DNA of 64,000 bases from a virus, in the IMG/VR virus record IMGVR_UViG_3300025545_000003, positions 32,001 through 96,000 of that record; one strand, written 5' to 3'. A program made the translations under genes and the position numbers. Below the pieces are notes generated by a model, which saw nothing but the letters and a program-made list of their open reading frames with translations, ran no database searches and was not told where the DNA came from. Positions 15,080 to 25,632 of the stretch are shown piece after piece (the first letter of the stretch is position 1; every line of letters begins with the position of its first letter).

Positions 15080-15534
15080 GGTTCCCCCGTAATGGCTCTG
15101 CACGCCGCCCTGAGTGCCCCCTGGAGCGTTTGCTCTGCGATGTGGGCATCGTCGGGCAGGAACGGCCCCTTGCAGCCCCAGCAGTCATTCTCGGGGCAAT
15201 CAGGGTCCGTGTAGAACACAGGCTCGAGACTGAAGGCGTTGGCGTTGTCCAACAGGGCCTCTGCGTCGTTCGCCTCTACGAACAGGTCGGCGTAGGACTG
15301 GAGGAGCGTGGCCTTCAGGACAGGGTCCATGGTGAAGCCCGTCTCACAACACCCCGTGCGGAGGATGCCGAGGCGGCTGTCCCCGTTGTGCTTGCCGTGG
15401 ATGTAGGAGTGCCGAGTGCAACGACCCCACAGGGCGTGCAGGGACGGGAACTCTCCCCGCTTGCACAGGCCGCAGTGAGGCTTGATCTGGTAGCCTACAT
15501 CCCGAAGGGTCTGGAACTTCATCTCGTCGGGCAT
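15076..15534 (-). CDS. Hypothetical Cys-rich protein
   Basis: RBS GAGGAG; operon. Confidence 0.65.
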   Translation of the reverse strand: MPDEMKFQTLRDVGYQIKPHCGLCKRGEFPSLHALWGRCTRHSYIHGKHNGDSRLGILRTGCCETGFTMDPVLKATLLQSYADLFVEANDAEALLDNANAFSLEPVFYTDPDCPENDCWGCKGPFLPDDAHIAEQTLQGALRAACRAITGEP

Positions 15535-15544
15535 GTTCTCCTCC

Positions 15545-16030
15545 TCAGTACAGGGCGAGCACCACGATAGGCCAGAGGAAGGCCAGATGCCATAGTTGGT
15601 CAATGACCAGCACGAGGGACGGGCGGAACAGGAGCGGGGTCGTGATGAATTCATAGTTGGGGAATATGTCGGTCGGGACTTGGACATCAGTGCCCGTGAA
15701 GCTGCCGTCGTCCTCCGGTATCCGCATCGAAGTCATGCGGCGGAGGTACTTCGCCCACAGGAACACCACGAGGTAGGTGTCCCCGATGAAGTGGCTGACG
15801 TACAGGAGCAGGAAGCCCAACACCATCTCCCACGACTCCAGCCCGTACAGGTAGAAAGCCGGGATGAACATCACGGAGTAAATCAGGCAGTGGAGCGCCA
15901 GAATCCCGAACTTGTGGGACTTGGCCTCCGCCATCTTCTCGGTCTGGGTCAGCCAGTCGGCCACGAAATGCCAGAACACGAGGGGGACGAACAGGCCACC
16001 CGCTAGTGCGATGGTTTCAAGGGTGATCAT
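15545..16030 (-). CDS. DUF3307-like membrane protein
   Basis: HFVADWLTQ..H..SHFIGD..IDQLWH. Confidence 0.8.
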   Translation of the reverse strand: MITLETIALAGGLFVPLVFWHFVADWLTQTEKMAEAKSHKFGILALHCLIYSVMFIPAFYLYGLESWEMVLGFLLLYVSHFIGDTYLVVFLWAKYLRRMTSMRIPEDDGSFTGTDVQVPTDIFPNYEFITTPLLFRPSLVLVIDQLWHLAFLWPIVVLALY

Positions 16031-16371
16031 GGTTTCTCCCTTGGGTGTTCCTCAACGACCACCCCGATGACAGACCCGCAGTAGGATGAGAACACACGCT
16101 TGACGTCGCCGTTCCCGAACTGCATCAGGCCGTCCTTCAGGAAGATGGCAGGGCCCTGGTAGTGGGTGTCTTGGACGTAGCAGACGGAGGATTGCTCGAA
16201 CCAGTCTACCCGAGGGTGGCTGGCGAACCGGACACGCAGGGTCTCCCCGGTGTTCGGGTGTTGGATAGTGGCCCACACATCCTCATCTGCCCGGAGCGCT
16301 CGTACCTTGTCCTGCGGCAGGGGGAAACACTGAGGTTTCTTGTGTCTCTTGTCGTGTCCGGGTTTGGGCAT
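16027..16371 (-). CDS. Hypothetical protein
   Basis: Operon context. Confidence 0.6.
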   Translation of the reverse strand: MPKPGHDKRHKKPQCFPLPQDKVRALRADEDVWATIQHPNTGETLRVRFASHPRVDWFEQSSVCYVQDTHYQGPAIFLKDGLMQFGNGDVKRVFSSYCGSVIGVVVEEHPREKP

Positions 16372-16372
16372 G

Positions 16373-17101
16373 TCAGCCTCGTAGCTTGGCGAGGATGCCT
16401 GGTAGGTCACTCATGGGTCGGAAAGAGGGCTTCCCCATGCGGTGAGCCATGTAGTTGCAGCCGGGGTGGATCGGATTCGGCCCCACGGCAGGCTTGTCGT
16501 CCACGAACTGCCCCGTCCACCCGCACTTGGTGCAGATGTACACGTCCAGGTCGGGACAGGCCAACAGGTCGCCCCTGTGGATGAAGTTCTCCGGGGTCTC
16601 TCCGTTCTCGAACAGCTTGGTCGCTGCCAGCACGGCCCAAGCCTTGTCGCTGGAGTGGATCTCCCCGTAGAAGGTCAGGAGGACGTCGGGCCGCACGACC
16701 TTCGAACCGTCAGGCAACTCCAGCGTGGGGTAGTCCCCGACGAAGAAGTCGATGGTCAGGCGGTACTCCGGGTGCTTCTTGTCGTCCACGACCCGCTCGT
16801 ACCGGCGGAAGTCCTCTGCGCTGGGCAGGCGGTCGTACTTCGTATTGACCTTCTTGTACCCCAGGACGCTCAGGAGGCCCATGACGGTGCCTACTGCCTC
16901 CTTCGGGCAGTGTATGTCCACGTCCTTGTGATCGTGGGCGTGCTTGCGTTCAGCGTGGCCTGGGGGCGAGAGCAGGTGCCAAGCCCAACCGCCAGAGAAC
17001 ACGACGAAGGGCTTGAGAGGTTCCATGTCCGTTGCATAGGCGTCGATCTTGTACTGGTGCCAGCACTCGCCGTACCGCTCAGGGTTGTGTGGATCAGCCA
17101 T
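16373..17101 (-). CDS. Nucleotidyltransferase-like protein
   Basis: SGGWAW...HKDVD Pol-beta-type motif. Confidence 0.7.
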   Translation of the reverse strand: MADPHNPERYGECWHQYKIDAYATDMEPLKPFVVFSGGWAWHLLSPPGHAERKHAHDHKDVDIHCPKEAVGTVMGLLSVLGYKKVNTKYDRLPSAEDFRRYERVVDDKKHPEYRLTIDFFVGDYPTLELPDGSKVVRPDVLLTFYGEIHSSDKAWAVLAATKLFENGETPENFIHRGDLLACPDLDVYICTKCGWTGQFVDDKPAVGPNPIHPGCNYMAHRMGKPSFRPMSDLPGILAKLRG

Positions 17102-17104
17102 CTG

Positions 17105-17365
17105 TCAATCCTTATCAAACATGCGGTCGAGCGACCGGCTCATTGAATCCAAGGACTTCGACATCTCCGCCATGGACTCGTCGAACGCTGCGAGGGCCTT
17201 CTTGCCCTCCGGGCTCTCCGGGTCGATGTCCTTGCCGTTGACACGCAGGACAGTCACCTCGCCGTTCTCTCGAACGACCTTGGTGGAGGTGGACTCGAAA
17301 ACCTCCCGGTCGATGGGGTTTATGACCCTCTTCAGGCGGCGGAAGGCTCGTCCAAGGGCACTCAT
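17105..17365 (-). CDS. Hypothetical protein
   Basis: Operon context. Confidence 0.65.
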   Translation of the reverse strand: MSALGRAFRRLKRVINPIDREVFESTSTKVVRENGEVTVLRVNGKDIDPESPEGKKALAAFDESMAEMSKSLDSMSRSLDRMFDKD

Positions 17366-18297
17366 TTCAGGGCATCTCCGATCTCTTCCCAAAGGCCGTC
17401 GTCGTCCATCGAGGTGCCCGAAAGGGCGTCCCTCGTGTCCGAGATGACCTCAAGGTCGTCAATGACGGACACGTCTACGAGGTTGTCCACCGTGGTGTCG
17501 AGCAGCTTGCTGGACACGTCGGCCATACCCGCCGACCGAACCTGCTGGTTCACCTTCTCGATGTGGTGGGCGATGCCTTCGGCCTGTGCCACGGCCAGCC
17601 CCTCACGGCGTTCCAGCTTGGGGATCGACTCCACCTTGGACTTCAGGGTACGGAGGCGCTCGCTGATCACGATCCGGGTGCTGGGGTCGGCCTCTGCGGC
17701 CTGTTCCCGTAGACGCCCGAACTCCGTCCGCAGGCTGTCCTTGTCCATACGGAGGAGGGCGGCCTTGGCATCCTTGGCCGTGTTGTGCAGGGCCAGCCAG
17801 TTGTTGATCATCTCGTCCAGCTTCCTGATCTGGCTGGTGGAGATCGAACTCTTGCGAACGTCATGCAGCTTGCGGAGTTCGTGGACGACCTCGCACATCC
17901 GCAGGAACGTCCGCTTGTGCTCCATCGTGCTGTCTTGGTTACGGACTCGCCGGTAACCGCTGTCCGGGTTCAGGTCTAGCTGGTGCCATGCCACGTCTAC
18001 ACCGAACACGGCACCGAGGAACCCAAGGGATTGATCAGGCTCCAACCCCCACAGGGAGCGGAGGTAGTACCAGCGCTGCTCATCCACGTCCTCGGTCTTG
18101 GCGGTCACCGTGAGGAACCGCTGGACGAGGGCTAGGTCGGGAAGGATCCACAGGAAGGCGACCTCAATCCCGAGCACCACGAACAACCCCGTCATGCCAC
18201 CCGAGGCGAGTCCGATGACAATGCCTCCTGCGAGGAATGACAGGTTGAGCCAATGCGTCAGGAAGGCCATCCGGTAGTTGGGGGTTTTATCGGACAC
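17362..18297 (-). CDS. Membrane-anchored coiled-coil protein
   Basis: Two N-terminal TM helices plus helical C-terminus. Confidence 0.75.
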   Translation of the reverse strand: MSDKTPNYRMAFLTHWLNLSFLAGGIVIGLASGGMTGLFVVLGIEVAFLWILPDLALVQRFLTVTAKTEDVDEQRWYYLRSLWGLEPDQSLGFLGAVFGVDVAWHQLDLNPDSGYRRVRNQDSTMEHKRTFLRMCEVVHELRKLHDVRKSSISTSQIRKLDEMINNWLALHNTAKDAKAALLRMDKDSLRTEFGRLREQAAEADPSTRIVISERLRTLKSKVESIPKLERREGLAVAQAEGIAHHIEKVNQQVRSAGMADVSSKLLDTTVDNLVDVSVIDDLEVISDTRDALSGTSMDDDGLWEEIGDALK

Positions 18298-18306
18298 GGG
18301 GGCCTC

Positions 18307-19338
18307 CTAAACGCTGATGGTCAACTCACCGCCACTGTCAGAAGCCTCTGAGGCGTCACTGATCAGGTGCAGGATCTTGGCTTCCAGACCGGCATACTCC
18401 GGCGTGTGCTTCCAGTCCTCCGGCCTGTTCGCAGGCAGTCGGATGTCGCCAGCGATGGTAGCCGGTCGGGTGGAGAGCACGATGATGCGGTCGGCCAGAT
18501 CGAGGGCACGGCGCACGTTGTGCGTCACGAACAGGATAAGGCAGGGGTACTTGTCCCGCAAGCGCACGATGATCTCTTGCATCGCCTTGCTGGACGTCGG
18601 GTCGAGGGCGCTGAACGGCTCGTCCATGCACAGGATCTTGGGCTCAACGACCAGCGAGGTAGCGAGGCTACACCGCTGCTTCATCCCACCCGAAAGCTGA
18701 TGCGGGAACTGGTGAAGGGAGTCACCCAACCCGACCTCTTTCAGCAGGGTGATGGCCTTGGCCTCGATCTCCTTGTAGGGATCCGAACACGGGATCTTCA
18801 GGCGGGTGGCCTCAAAGCGGTCACCGATGGCCGCTACGAAGTCCTGCGCCACCTCCCAGGGCCAACGGGGCCGGGGGCCGAACAGGAACGGCTTGAAGGA
18901 GAGCATGACGTTGCCCAACACGGACAGCCACGGGACCAGCACAGGGCTCTGGAACACCGTGACGACGTCGTCGTGCGGGGTCAGCACGGCCTCTCCGTTG
19001 ATGCAGCACTCGCCCACCGTCGGCATCCGAATGCCTCTGGGGTGCATGCCGGACACCATCCGCAGGAGGGTGGACTTGCCGCAGCCGGACGGCCCGAGGA
19101 TGGCGATGGTCTGGTTGCCCTCCACCGTGAAGGTGATGTCCTTGACCACCTCGACCAGTTCGCCGTCGTTCCTGAAGGTCTGCCCGCAGCCCTTGAAGTC
19201 CAGCTTCAGGTCGCTGCCCTTGGCCGCCACGGGGGCGGGAACGGGAGCCGGGGTAGCCGCCACAGGGGCAGCGGGTGCGGCGAAAGCCTCGTCGATGGAG
19301 ACGTGTCCGTCTCCGGTGTTGTCCGCTGTGCCGCTCAT
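18307..19338 (-). CDS. ABC transporter ATP-binding protein (TauB/SsuB-like)
   Basis: GPSGCGKST, LSGGMKQR, MDEPFSALD, VTH. Confidence 0.93.
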   Translation of the reverse strand: MSGTADNTGDGHVSIDEAFAAPAAPVAATPAPVPAPVAAKGSDLKLDFKGCGQTFRNDGELVEVVKDITFTVEGNQTIAILGPSGCGKSTLLRMVSGMHPRGIRMPTVGECCINGEAVLTPHDDVVTVFQSPVLVPWLSVLGNVMLSFKPFLFGPRPRWPWEVAQDFVAAIGDRFEATRLKIPCSDPYKEIEAKAITLLKEVGLGDSLHQFPHQLSGGMKQRCSLATSLVVEPKILCMDEPFSALDPTSSKAMQEIIVRLRDKYPCLILFVTHNVRRALDLADRIIVLSTRPATIAGDIRLPANRPEDWKHTPEYAGLEAKILHLISDASEASDSGGELTISV

Positions 19339-20213
19339 GCTTCGCTCCCTTGGTTCAACATCGGGACGACCTTCTTGATGACCCGGAACAGGTAGTCGGA
19401 AAGCACCCCGAGGATCAGGATAATGAGGATCGCAGCGTAGACCCTCGGTGTATTTTGGAACCGCTGTGCGTTGGCTTCCATAGCCCCGAGGCCGGTGGTG
19501 ACGTTCATCACCTCCGCTGCTACGAGGTACGTCCACGCTACGCCCGTACACAGGCGGATGCCGTCCCACAGACGGGGCAGCGCTGACGGCAGGACGTAGT
19601 ACCAGAGCGTTCCCATGGGGCGGAACCCCATGTCGACCGCCTTGTCGATGATCAGGGGCGGCACGTTCCTCACGGCGTCAAACGCCGCAGGGATAATGAA
19701 CACGATGGTGCCGAAGGCGAGGAAGCTGATCTTCATCTGCTCCTCGATCCCGTAGATCAGGATGAACAGCGGGGCGAAGGCCATGATCGGGGCGTTCCGC
19801 ATGGGCATCACGAGGGCCTGTAGCAGACTCTCAAACCACCCGAAGGCCCCCATGAAGATCCCGATGGGGATCCCGAACAGGCACGCCCAAAACAACGCCA
19901 AGAAGATGCGCTTCAAGCTGAAGCCCGCCCCTTGGATTGCGCTGGAGTGGACGAAGGTGTCCCACCCCGGCTGGATGTCCCGCCATTCGCCCTTGGTCCC
20001 CTCCACGAGTGTCTGCGGGGGTGCGTCCACGAACGCTTCCGCCAGCGCCCCGAAGGTTGCCTTGGGGGAAGGGAGGAAGTTGGGATTCACCAGTTCAAGC
20101 TTGGTCACGGCTACCCATGCCAGCAGGAACAGGACAAGCCCCGCGACCGGGAGCACATAGCGCATGCTCCCGGTCGTAGGCGTGCAGATGTACTTCGCAG
20201 AGTGGGCCGACAT
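19335..20213 (-). CDS. ABC transporter permease (TauC/SsuC-like)
   Basis: FLPSP, TM helices, LPSALP..AWTYLVAAE. Confidence 0.92.
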   Translation of the reverse strand: MSAHSAKYICTPTTGSMRYVLPVAGLVLFLLAWVAVTKLELVNPNFLPSPKATFGALAEAFVDAPPQTLVEGTKGEWRDIQPGWDTFVHSSAIQGAGFSLKRIFLALFWACLFGIPIGIFMGAFGWFESLLQALVMPMRNAPIMAFAPLFILIYGIEEQMKISFLAFGTIVFIIPAAFDAVRNVPPLIIDKAVDMGFRPMGTLWYYVLPSALPRLWDGIRLCTGVAWTYLVAAEVMNVTTGLGAMEANAQRFQNTPRVYAAILIILILGVLSDYLFRVIKKVVPMLNQGSEA

Positions 20214-20223
20214 GATCGCCCTC

Positions 20224-21909
20224 CTAGTTGGCCGAAACGAACAGGATCTCGGTGCGGCGGTTCCGTGAACGGCAGTCGGGGGTCTTCAGGTCGCAGAGCG
20301 GGTTGTCCTCGCCGTTGCCCTGTGCCGCAATACGGGCCGGGTCGATGCCCTGCGAGATCAGGTAGTCAACGACCGCCTGCGCCCGCTTGCCCGAGAGGGT
20401 CTTGTTGCCGCTGTCACTGCCCACGTCGTCGGTGTTGCCCTCGACACGGATGCTCATGGCCGTCGCCAGCATCAACTGCGGCAACACCTGACGCTTCAGG
20501 ATCGAGCGGGACTGCGTGTCGATGGCGTAGGCACCCGTGTCGAAGTGGATGCTCACCGGCTTGACCAGCTTGGGTGCCGCCGTCTTGGCGACCTGCGGGT
20601 TGTAGACCGGCTTCGCCGCTGCCACGGGAACCGCTGCCACACCGGACGAGGCGGCGACCTGCTGGCGTCGGGCCATCTCAGCGTCGTACAGGGGCTTCAC
20701 GATGGCTGCGGTACGCAGACCGTGGGCGCTGAAGCGCTGCGAGAGGACCGGGGTGCCGTCAGGCTCCGTGTACTCCGACCAGATGCTGTCCGCCTGCTTG
20801 TAGACCGTGTCGAAGAGGGGCGCAGTCCCGCCGAGGCCGAAGAAGGACGTGTTGTCGCCGAGATCGTTCCAGCGGACCCAGTTGAGCGCCTTGAGGGTGC
20901 CCTCGTACTTGAGTTCGTCACGGAAACGGGGCACGACCGTCGAGATCAGGCGGGCCGCTGCGGGCTTGTCCGCCGTACCTAGCTTGGCACCTTCCATGAA
21001 GATCTTCGCCACCTTGCGGGCGATCTCGGGCTGCTGCTGGAGGAAGTCCTTCTTACCGAGCAGCACGTCGGCGACCAGCGTGTCGGCGTCCTTGGTGCTG
21101 AACACACGGTGGGCACCGGGGCGGCACTCAAGGGCGAGCGTCACGTCAGGCTCCCACAGGCATGCCACGTCGACCTGCTTCTGACAGAACAGGTTGCGCC
21201 CGAACTCCCATGAGTCCATCGAGAACTTGGTCTGCTGGCGAAGCTGCCGCACTTCCTGCGGGTTCAGGTCGCTGTTGTTGATCCAGAACTCGTAGACCGT
21301 GTGGTCGGGGCTGAACTTCATCATGGCTGCGCCACGGCTGGCCAGCAGATCACGGGGCGTCTTCACGTTGGCCGCTGCCACACAGGCGTCACCGCCACGG
21401 GACCAGTCGATCTGGACGAACGCCTGCGCTTCGACGCCGGAGCGTGCGTAACCGGGCATGTTCAGGGGCATCTCGTCGACCACCTGCCAAGTGAAGTCGA
21501 CCTCGCCGGACTGGAGGGCAGCGTTCTTCTTGTCCGGCTCCTCGATGAAGACGAACTCAAGCTGGATCCCCTCCTTGGCACAGATGGAACCCGGCTGCGT
21601 CGTCAGGCCGCCGCAGGCGATGATGCCCGCCATGTGACCGGGCCACTGCGACAGGGCCACCTTGTAGTGGGTCTTGGGCTGGACGCCGGTCGGCTTGATC
21701 GCCGCAGGGGCCTGGACACCCGCCACCGCACCGGGGGTCGTCGTGGGGGTCACAGCCGCAGGCTGCGTCGTGGTGGCGGTCGCCGTCGCCGGAGCGGTGG
21801 CGGTCGCCGTCTCGGTCGTGGACTCGTGGAAGAACCCGAAGTACGCACCCGCCGCCGCTCCCGCGACGACTAGGACGAGCAGGATCTTTCCCATCGGCTT
21901 GAGCTTCAT
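20224..21909 (-). CDS. ABC substrate-binding protein fused to OmpA-like peptidoglycan-binding domain
   Basis: DWSRGGD binding-domain motif; FDTG..EGNTD..LS.KRA.AV..L..NRRTE. Confidence 0.9.
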   Translation of the reverse strand: MKLKPMGKILLVLVVAGAAAGAYFGFFHESTTETATATAPATATATTTQPAAVTPTTTPGAVAGVQAPAAIKPTGVQPKTHYKVALSQWPGHMAGIIACGGLTTQPGSICAKEGIQLEFVFIEEPDKKNAALQSGEVDFTWQVVDEMPLNMPGYARSGVEAQAFVQIDWSRGGDACVAAANVKTPRDLLASRGAAMMKFSPDHTVYEFWINNSDLNPQEVRQLRQQTKFSMDSWEFGRNLFCQKQVDVACLWEPDVTLALECRPGAHRVFSTKDADTLVADVLLGKKDFLQQQPEIARKVAKIFMEGAKLGTADKPAAARLISTVVPRFRDELKYEGTLKALNWVRWNDLGDNTSFFGLGGTAPLFDTVYKQADSIWSEYTEPDGTPVLSQRFSAHGLRTAAIVKPLYDAEMARRQQVAASSGVAAVPVAAAKPVYNPQVAKTAAPKLVKPVSIHFDTGAYAIDTQSRSILKRQVLPQLMLATAMSIRVEGNTDDVGSDSGNKTLSGKRAQAVVDYLISQGIDPARIAAQGNGEDNPLCDLKTPDCRSRNRRTEILFVSAN

Positions 21910-21975
21910 CTCGAACCTCCCTTGCGAATTGTCTGTCTCACCGTACCGGGGTCATTCCCGGCAGGCACCTTCGGC

Positions 21976-22692
21976 CTAGCCCTTCTGCTGGCCGAAGAAA
22001 GTCACGAGCTTGGTGTAACGGACGCCTTCCTTGGCCGCTGCGGCCTTGGCATCCTCGCCACGCTTGGTCACCGCTGCCGCCCTGTCCTTGGCCGAAACCT
22101 GAGACTCGGAGATGTCCTGCATCACCTGCTCACGTTCGGACTGGAGGGCGGCGATCTGCGCCTCAAGCGCCTTGATGCGGTCATCGCTGCTGGTCTTCAG
22201 GCCCTCGAACTGGCTCTGGATCGCCGTACAGCGGGTGGCTACGTCCTTGTCGATGAAGGATCCGTACTGGCGCAGGACGTTGACACGCTTCTCAGCGTCC
22301 GCCTTGACCGTGGGCTCGTCCCATGCGTCGTCGGCGGCGTCCATCGCCCGGATCATGGCGAGGCGCTGCGGTTCGGGGAACTGTGCGAGGTTGTCCAGCA
22401 GGGTGAGGACGGTGTGGGCCGAGTTCGCCCCGGTGCCTACCTTGCCTGCGGCGAAGACCTCGTCGAGCGTCCAGTCCAACGCTGTCCGCTTGGGGGCCGG
22501 AGGCGCTGCCGGGGCGGCGGGTGCCGCCTCTACGGGTGCCGTTGGGGTAGCCGTGAAGGCTGCCAGCGGGTCATCGGACACCGCAGGAGCGGCGACCTCG
22601 GTCACGTCGGTCGCATCGTCGGGGGTCTCTTCCGTGTCGTAGTCCACGAACATGGACAGGAACCCGCCCTTCTTTTTCTCTTCACCGGCCAT
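21976..22692 (-). CDS. Coiled-coil hypothetical protein of the ABC/OmpA cluster
   Basis: RBS GGAGGT; follows phage promoter motif. Confidence 0.75.
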   Translation of the reverse strand: MAGEEKKKGGFLSMFVDYDTEETPDDATDVTEVAAPAVSDDPLAAFTATPTAPVEAAPAAPAAPPAPKRTALDWTLDEVFAAGKVGTGANSAHTVLTLLDNLAQFPEPQRLAMIRAMDAADDAWDEPTVKADAEKRVNVLRQYGSFIDKDVATRCTAIQSQFEGLKTSSDDRIKALEAQIAALQSEREQVMQDISESQVSAKDRAAAVTKRGEDAKAAAAKEGVRYTKLVTFFGQQKG

Positions 22693-22752
22693 CAGGCACC
22701 TCCTCTTGCTCTATCTCTACCCGAACCACGAAAGGGCTAAGCCCCCCGAGGG

Positions 22753-23754
22753 TCAGGCATCTTCACTTTTGTCTTCATCAGGGGTGCTCTCGTGCCACCC
22801 CATGACATACCCACACGTCTTGCAGAACCCGTCCCCGTCGTCCTCACAGGCCGAGATCCAGTCCCCATTCATGGCATCATCGTTCTCGAAGGAGCCCTCG
22901 CACTTCTCGGGGGCCTCTGCCCTCTCGGTGCCGTCGTCGTGGTAGAAGAACCGGACGAGGCGGGCGAGTTCCATCAGAGCCGTTTCCCAGTCCGGGCCGC
23001 CACAGTCGAGGCGGATGTCGTGACAGGACTGCCAGCGGTTGTACTTGTTCCACCCCTCCTCCGGGATCATCTCGTTGTCGTCCTCGGAGCGGTCGTACCA
23101 GCCTCCGGCTTCGACCCAGACACGGGACGCATTGTTGCGGGGGTCGTCCACGCCGTCGGAAAGCTCGTCGTGGATGCGCTCCGCCAGCGGGTCGACGTGG
23201 TGGAAGGTGGTCTCAACGGACTCGTAGAACCCGCCGCCGATCCGGTGTACCTCGTCCTGCCAGTCCGGGCCGTCGAACAGCATGGGGACGGCCTTGAGCA
23301 CGCCCTCCGAGTCCGGCTCCGCCGAAACGACCTTGTGGCCGGACTTGTCGACGTCCCCGATCTCAATGGGGTCCCCGAAGTAGCTGCCTCCCTCGGGCGG
23401 GCAGCGCATCTCGACAGGGTACGTCCACAGGGGGTGCTCCATCAGCCACTCGACCTCTGCCTTGCGGAGAGGGGCGTCCACGGGGAGCGGGGGAGCCGTC
23501 CGGTGGAACGGGAGTTCCTTGAACTGGAGGTGGGACAGGATGGTCTTCGCCAGACGTTCGGCGTCGTCCGACCGGAGGCCGAACCCCCGAACGGACTCGT
23601 CGAAGGACACCATGACGGAGCCCAACGCAGGGTTCCATCCAATGGTCAGGTTGAACTGTTGCGGGGCGGCCTGTTTCGGAGCGCCGCCCATCTCAGGGAA
23701 CAGGGTGATGATCTTGCCGTTCCCGTTCCCGTTCCCGTTACCCTTGTCCGTCAT
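22753..23754 (-). CDS. Hypothetical protein
   Basis: 333-aa ORF with phage codon bias. Confidence 0.75.
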   Translation of the reverse strand: MTDKGNGNGNGNGKIITLFPEMGGAPKQAAPQQFNLTIGWNPALGSVMVSFDESVRGFGLRSDDAERLAKTILSHLQFKELPFHRTAPPLPVDAPLRKAEVEWLMEHPLWTYPVEMRCPPEGGSYFGDPIEIGDVDKSGHKVVSAEPDSEGVLKAVPMLFDGPDWQDEVHRIGGGFYESVETTFHHVDPLAERIHDELSDGVDDPRNNASRVWVEAGGWYDRSEDDNEMIPEEGWNKYNRWQSCHDIRLDCGGPDWETALMELARLVRFFYHDDGTERAEAPEKCEGSFENDDAMNGDWISACEDDGDGFCKTCGYVMGWHESTPDEDKSEDA

Positions 23755-23755
23755 G

Positions 23756-24016
23756 CTAGTCTCCGTTTCGGATCCATCTCAGGAGCCGGGGTTCCACTAA
23801 ACGCCACCAGAGGGTCATGGCTACGATACCGAACAGGATGCCTCGGGCGTAATAGTACCGGGCCTCAAGGTTCTCGGACGCCATGTTGGTGTTCATGGTG
23901 ATCTCGATCCCGGCCTCCGCACCAGCCATGAAGCCGGTGACGATCATGGCCAGCACCACACCGCACACAACTAGCCCGAACAGACAGGCGCAGGCCGTCC
24001 TTTGGAGTTTCGTCAT
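23756..24016 (-). CDS. Small membrane protein
   Basis: Two TM segments. Confidence 0.65.
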   Translation of the reverse strand: MTKLQRTACACLFGLVVCGVVLAMIVTGFMAGAEAGIEITMNTNMASENLEARYYYARGILFGIVAMTLWWRLVEPRLLRWIRNGD

Positions 24017-24019
24017 CCG

Positions 24020-24220
24020 TCACCTCTGCTTGAAGGCTCTGCCCTTACCGCACAGGAACAGGAAGGTGTCCCCGTCCCGTTCTTGGATCATCAGGTCGAA
24101 GTGCAGAGCCAACTCCTCGATCTCGTGGTACTCAAAGCTCACGTACCCCTCACGGGGCGGAGCCTTCGGGTGGCCCTTCACCTCGGGCCACATCACGACT
24201 TTCAGACTGATGTCGTTCAT
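24020..24220 (-). CDS. Hypothetical protein
   Basis: Overlaps the rtcB stop codon. Confidence 0.55.
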   Translation of the reverse strand: MNDISLKVVMWPEVKGHPKAPPREGYVSFEYHEIEELALHFDLMIQERDGDTFLFLCGKGRAFKQR

Positions 24221-25632
24221 TACTCCAGCCCCTTGAGGTTGGCGACCGGGAACAGGCGCAGGGTCATCTTGGCGATGCCCTCGTCCTCCAACACCCGGAG
24301 CACAGCGTTGAGATCCTTGTAGGCGTGGCCGCACTCGTCCAGCGGCGTCCGCTCCGAGTTCATGACGATGCCCTCGACGATGGTTCCGTCCGCGCAGACG
24401 ACACGGGCGTCCCGCATCTCCTCGTCGATCTCATCGTGGATTGCCCGAAGCTCACGCTTGGCCTCCCCACGTCCCATGAGCCGTCCGGCCCCGTGGTTGA
24501 CGGAGCAGCCCGTCTTCCTCGTCCCGGAGAGCGGGAACAGGATCGCAGCCCCGTCCTTCATGGAACCGGGGATCAAGCACGGGTGGCCCGTCTCAGCCCA
24601 CTTCGTGCGGGCGAGATCCGGGTGTCCAGCCGGGAAGGCACGGGTCGCCCCCTTGCGGTGAACGAAGCCCTCCGTCAGCGAACCGTCCGGCAGGTAGATG
24701 CGCTCCTGCTGGATCAGGTTGTGGCTGATCTCGTACAGGGTCTCAGACTCAGCCCCTCCGAACACCGTCGCCGTGGCGTCCGCCAGCCCTCTGGCTATGA
24801 CGTGCCTGTTGGCGATGGCGTAGTTGGCCGCCGAGTTGTGGTGCGCCCAATACTCCTTCCCGAGATCCTCGTCCATGCGGAGGTAGGACTCCTCCCGTCG
24901 CTTGGACTGGAGGCACCGCAATCGGGCACCCTCGTAGAAGTAGTGGTTGGCCGTGTGCCACCCGTACCCACGGGAGCCGCAGTGCAGCATCAGCCAGACA
25001 GAGGAGTCCGTCGGGTCTACCTGCATCTCGATGAAGTGGTTCCCACCACCGAGGGATCCCATCTGCGGGACGGCCTTCGGCCACGCCCGGTCGATGCGGT
25101 TGGCCTTGAAGTGCGCCGTGTCCACACGCATGAAGACACGCTCGCACTCGTCCGCCGTGACACCCACCGGCTCTCCGCCGTGGGCAAGCATCTCCTGCAC
25201 GTCCGTCCACCCGTAGGTCGGCATCTTGACCGGACGGTGCGAACCGAGGCCCGTGGCTACACGCTCCTCAACCGCATGAATCCACTCCAGCCGCTTGGCC
25301 GGATCGACGATGTCCGCCGCCTTGAGGCTCGTCTTCATGTAGAGGACGCCGCACGAGATGTCGTAGCCGGAGCCTGACTGGACCAGCGTGTCGTCGGTCA
25401 CGATGACGCTGCCGATGGGAACCCCGAACCCGAAGTGGGTGTCCGGCATCAGGAAGGCGTGAGTCACACCCTTGTAGGATGCGGCCTGTACAGCCTGTGC
25501 CCAGAGCCCCTCTTCGGTGGCCTCCCATAGTTCCTTGGTGAGGAAAGCTGTGACGTCGCACCGCATCCCGGCCCGTGCGGGCAGGACACAGCAGTTGTCA
25601 GTCAGCCAGTGGATGTCGTACTTGTGAGACAT
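24220..25632 (-). CDS. rtcB: RNA ligase RtcB
   Basis: MPDTH.G.G.PIG, DISCG, GSLGGGNHF.E, HCGSRG, HN, HRKGATRA, PGSM, HGAGR. Confidence 0.95.
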   Translation of the reverse strand: MSHKYDIHWLTDNCCVLPARAGMRCDVTAFLTKELWEATEEGLWAQAVQAASYKGVTHAFLMPDTHFGFGVPIGSVIVTDDTLVQSGSGYDISCGVLYMKTSLKAADIVDPAKRLEWIHAVEERVATGLGSHRPVKMPTYGWTDVQEMLAHGGEPVGVTADECERVFMRVDTAHFKANRIDRAWPKAVPQMGSLGGGNHFIEMQVDPTDSSVWLMLHCGSRGYGWHTANHYFYEGARLRCLQSKRREESYLRMDEDLGKEYWAHHNSAANYAIANRHVIARGLADATATVFGGAESETLYEISHNLIQQERIYLPDGSLTEGFVHRKGATRAFPAGHPDLARTKWAETGHPCLIPGSMKDGAAILFPLSGTRKTGCSVNHGAGRLMGRGEAKRELRAIHDEIDEEMRDARVVCADGTIVEGIVMNSERTPLDECGHAYKDLNAVLRVLEDEGIAKMTLRLFPVANLKGLE

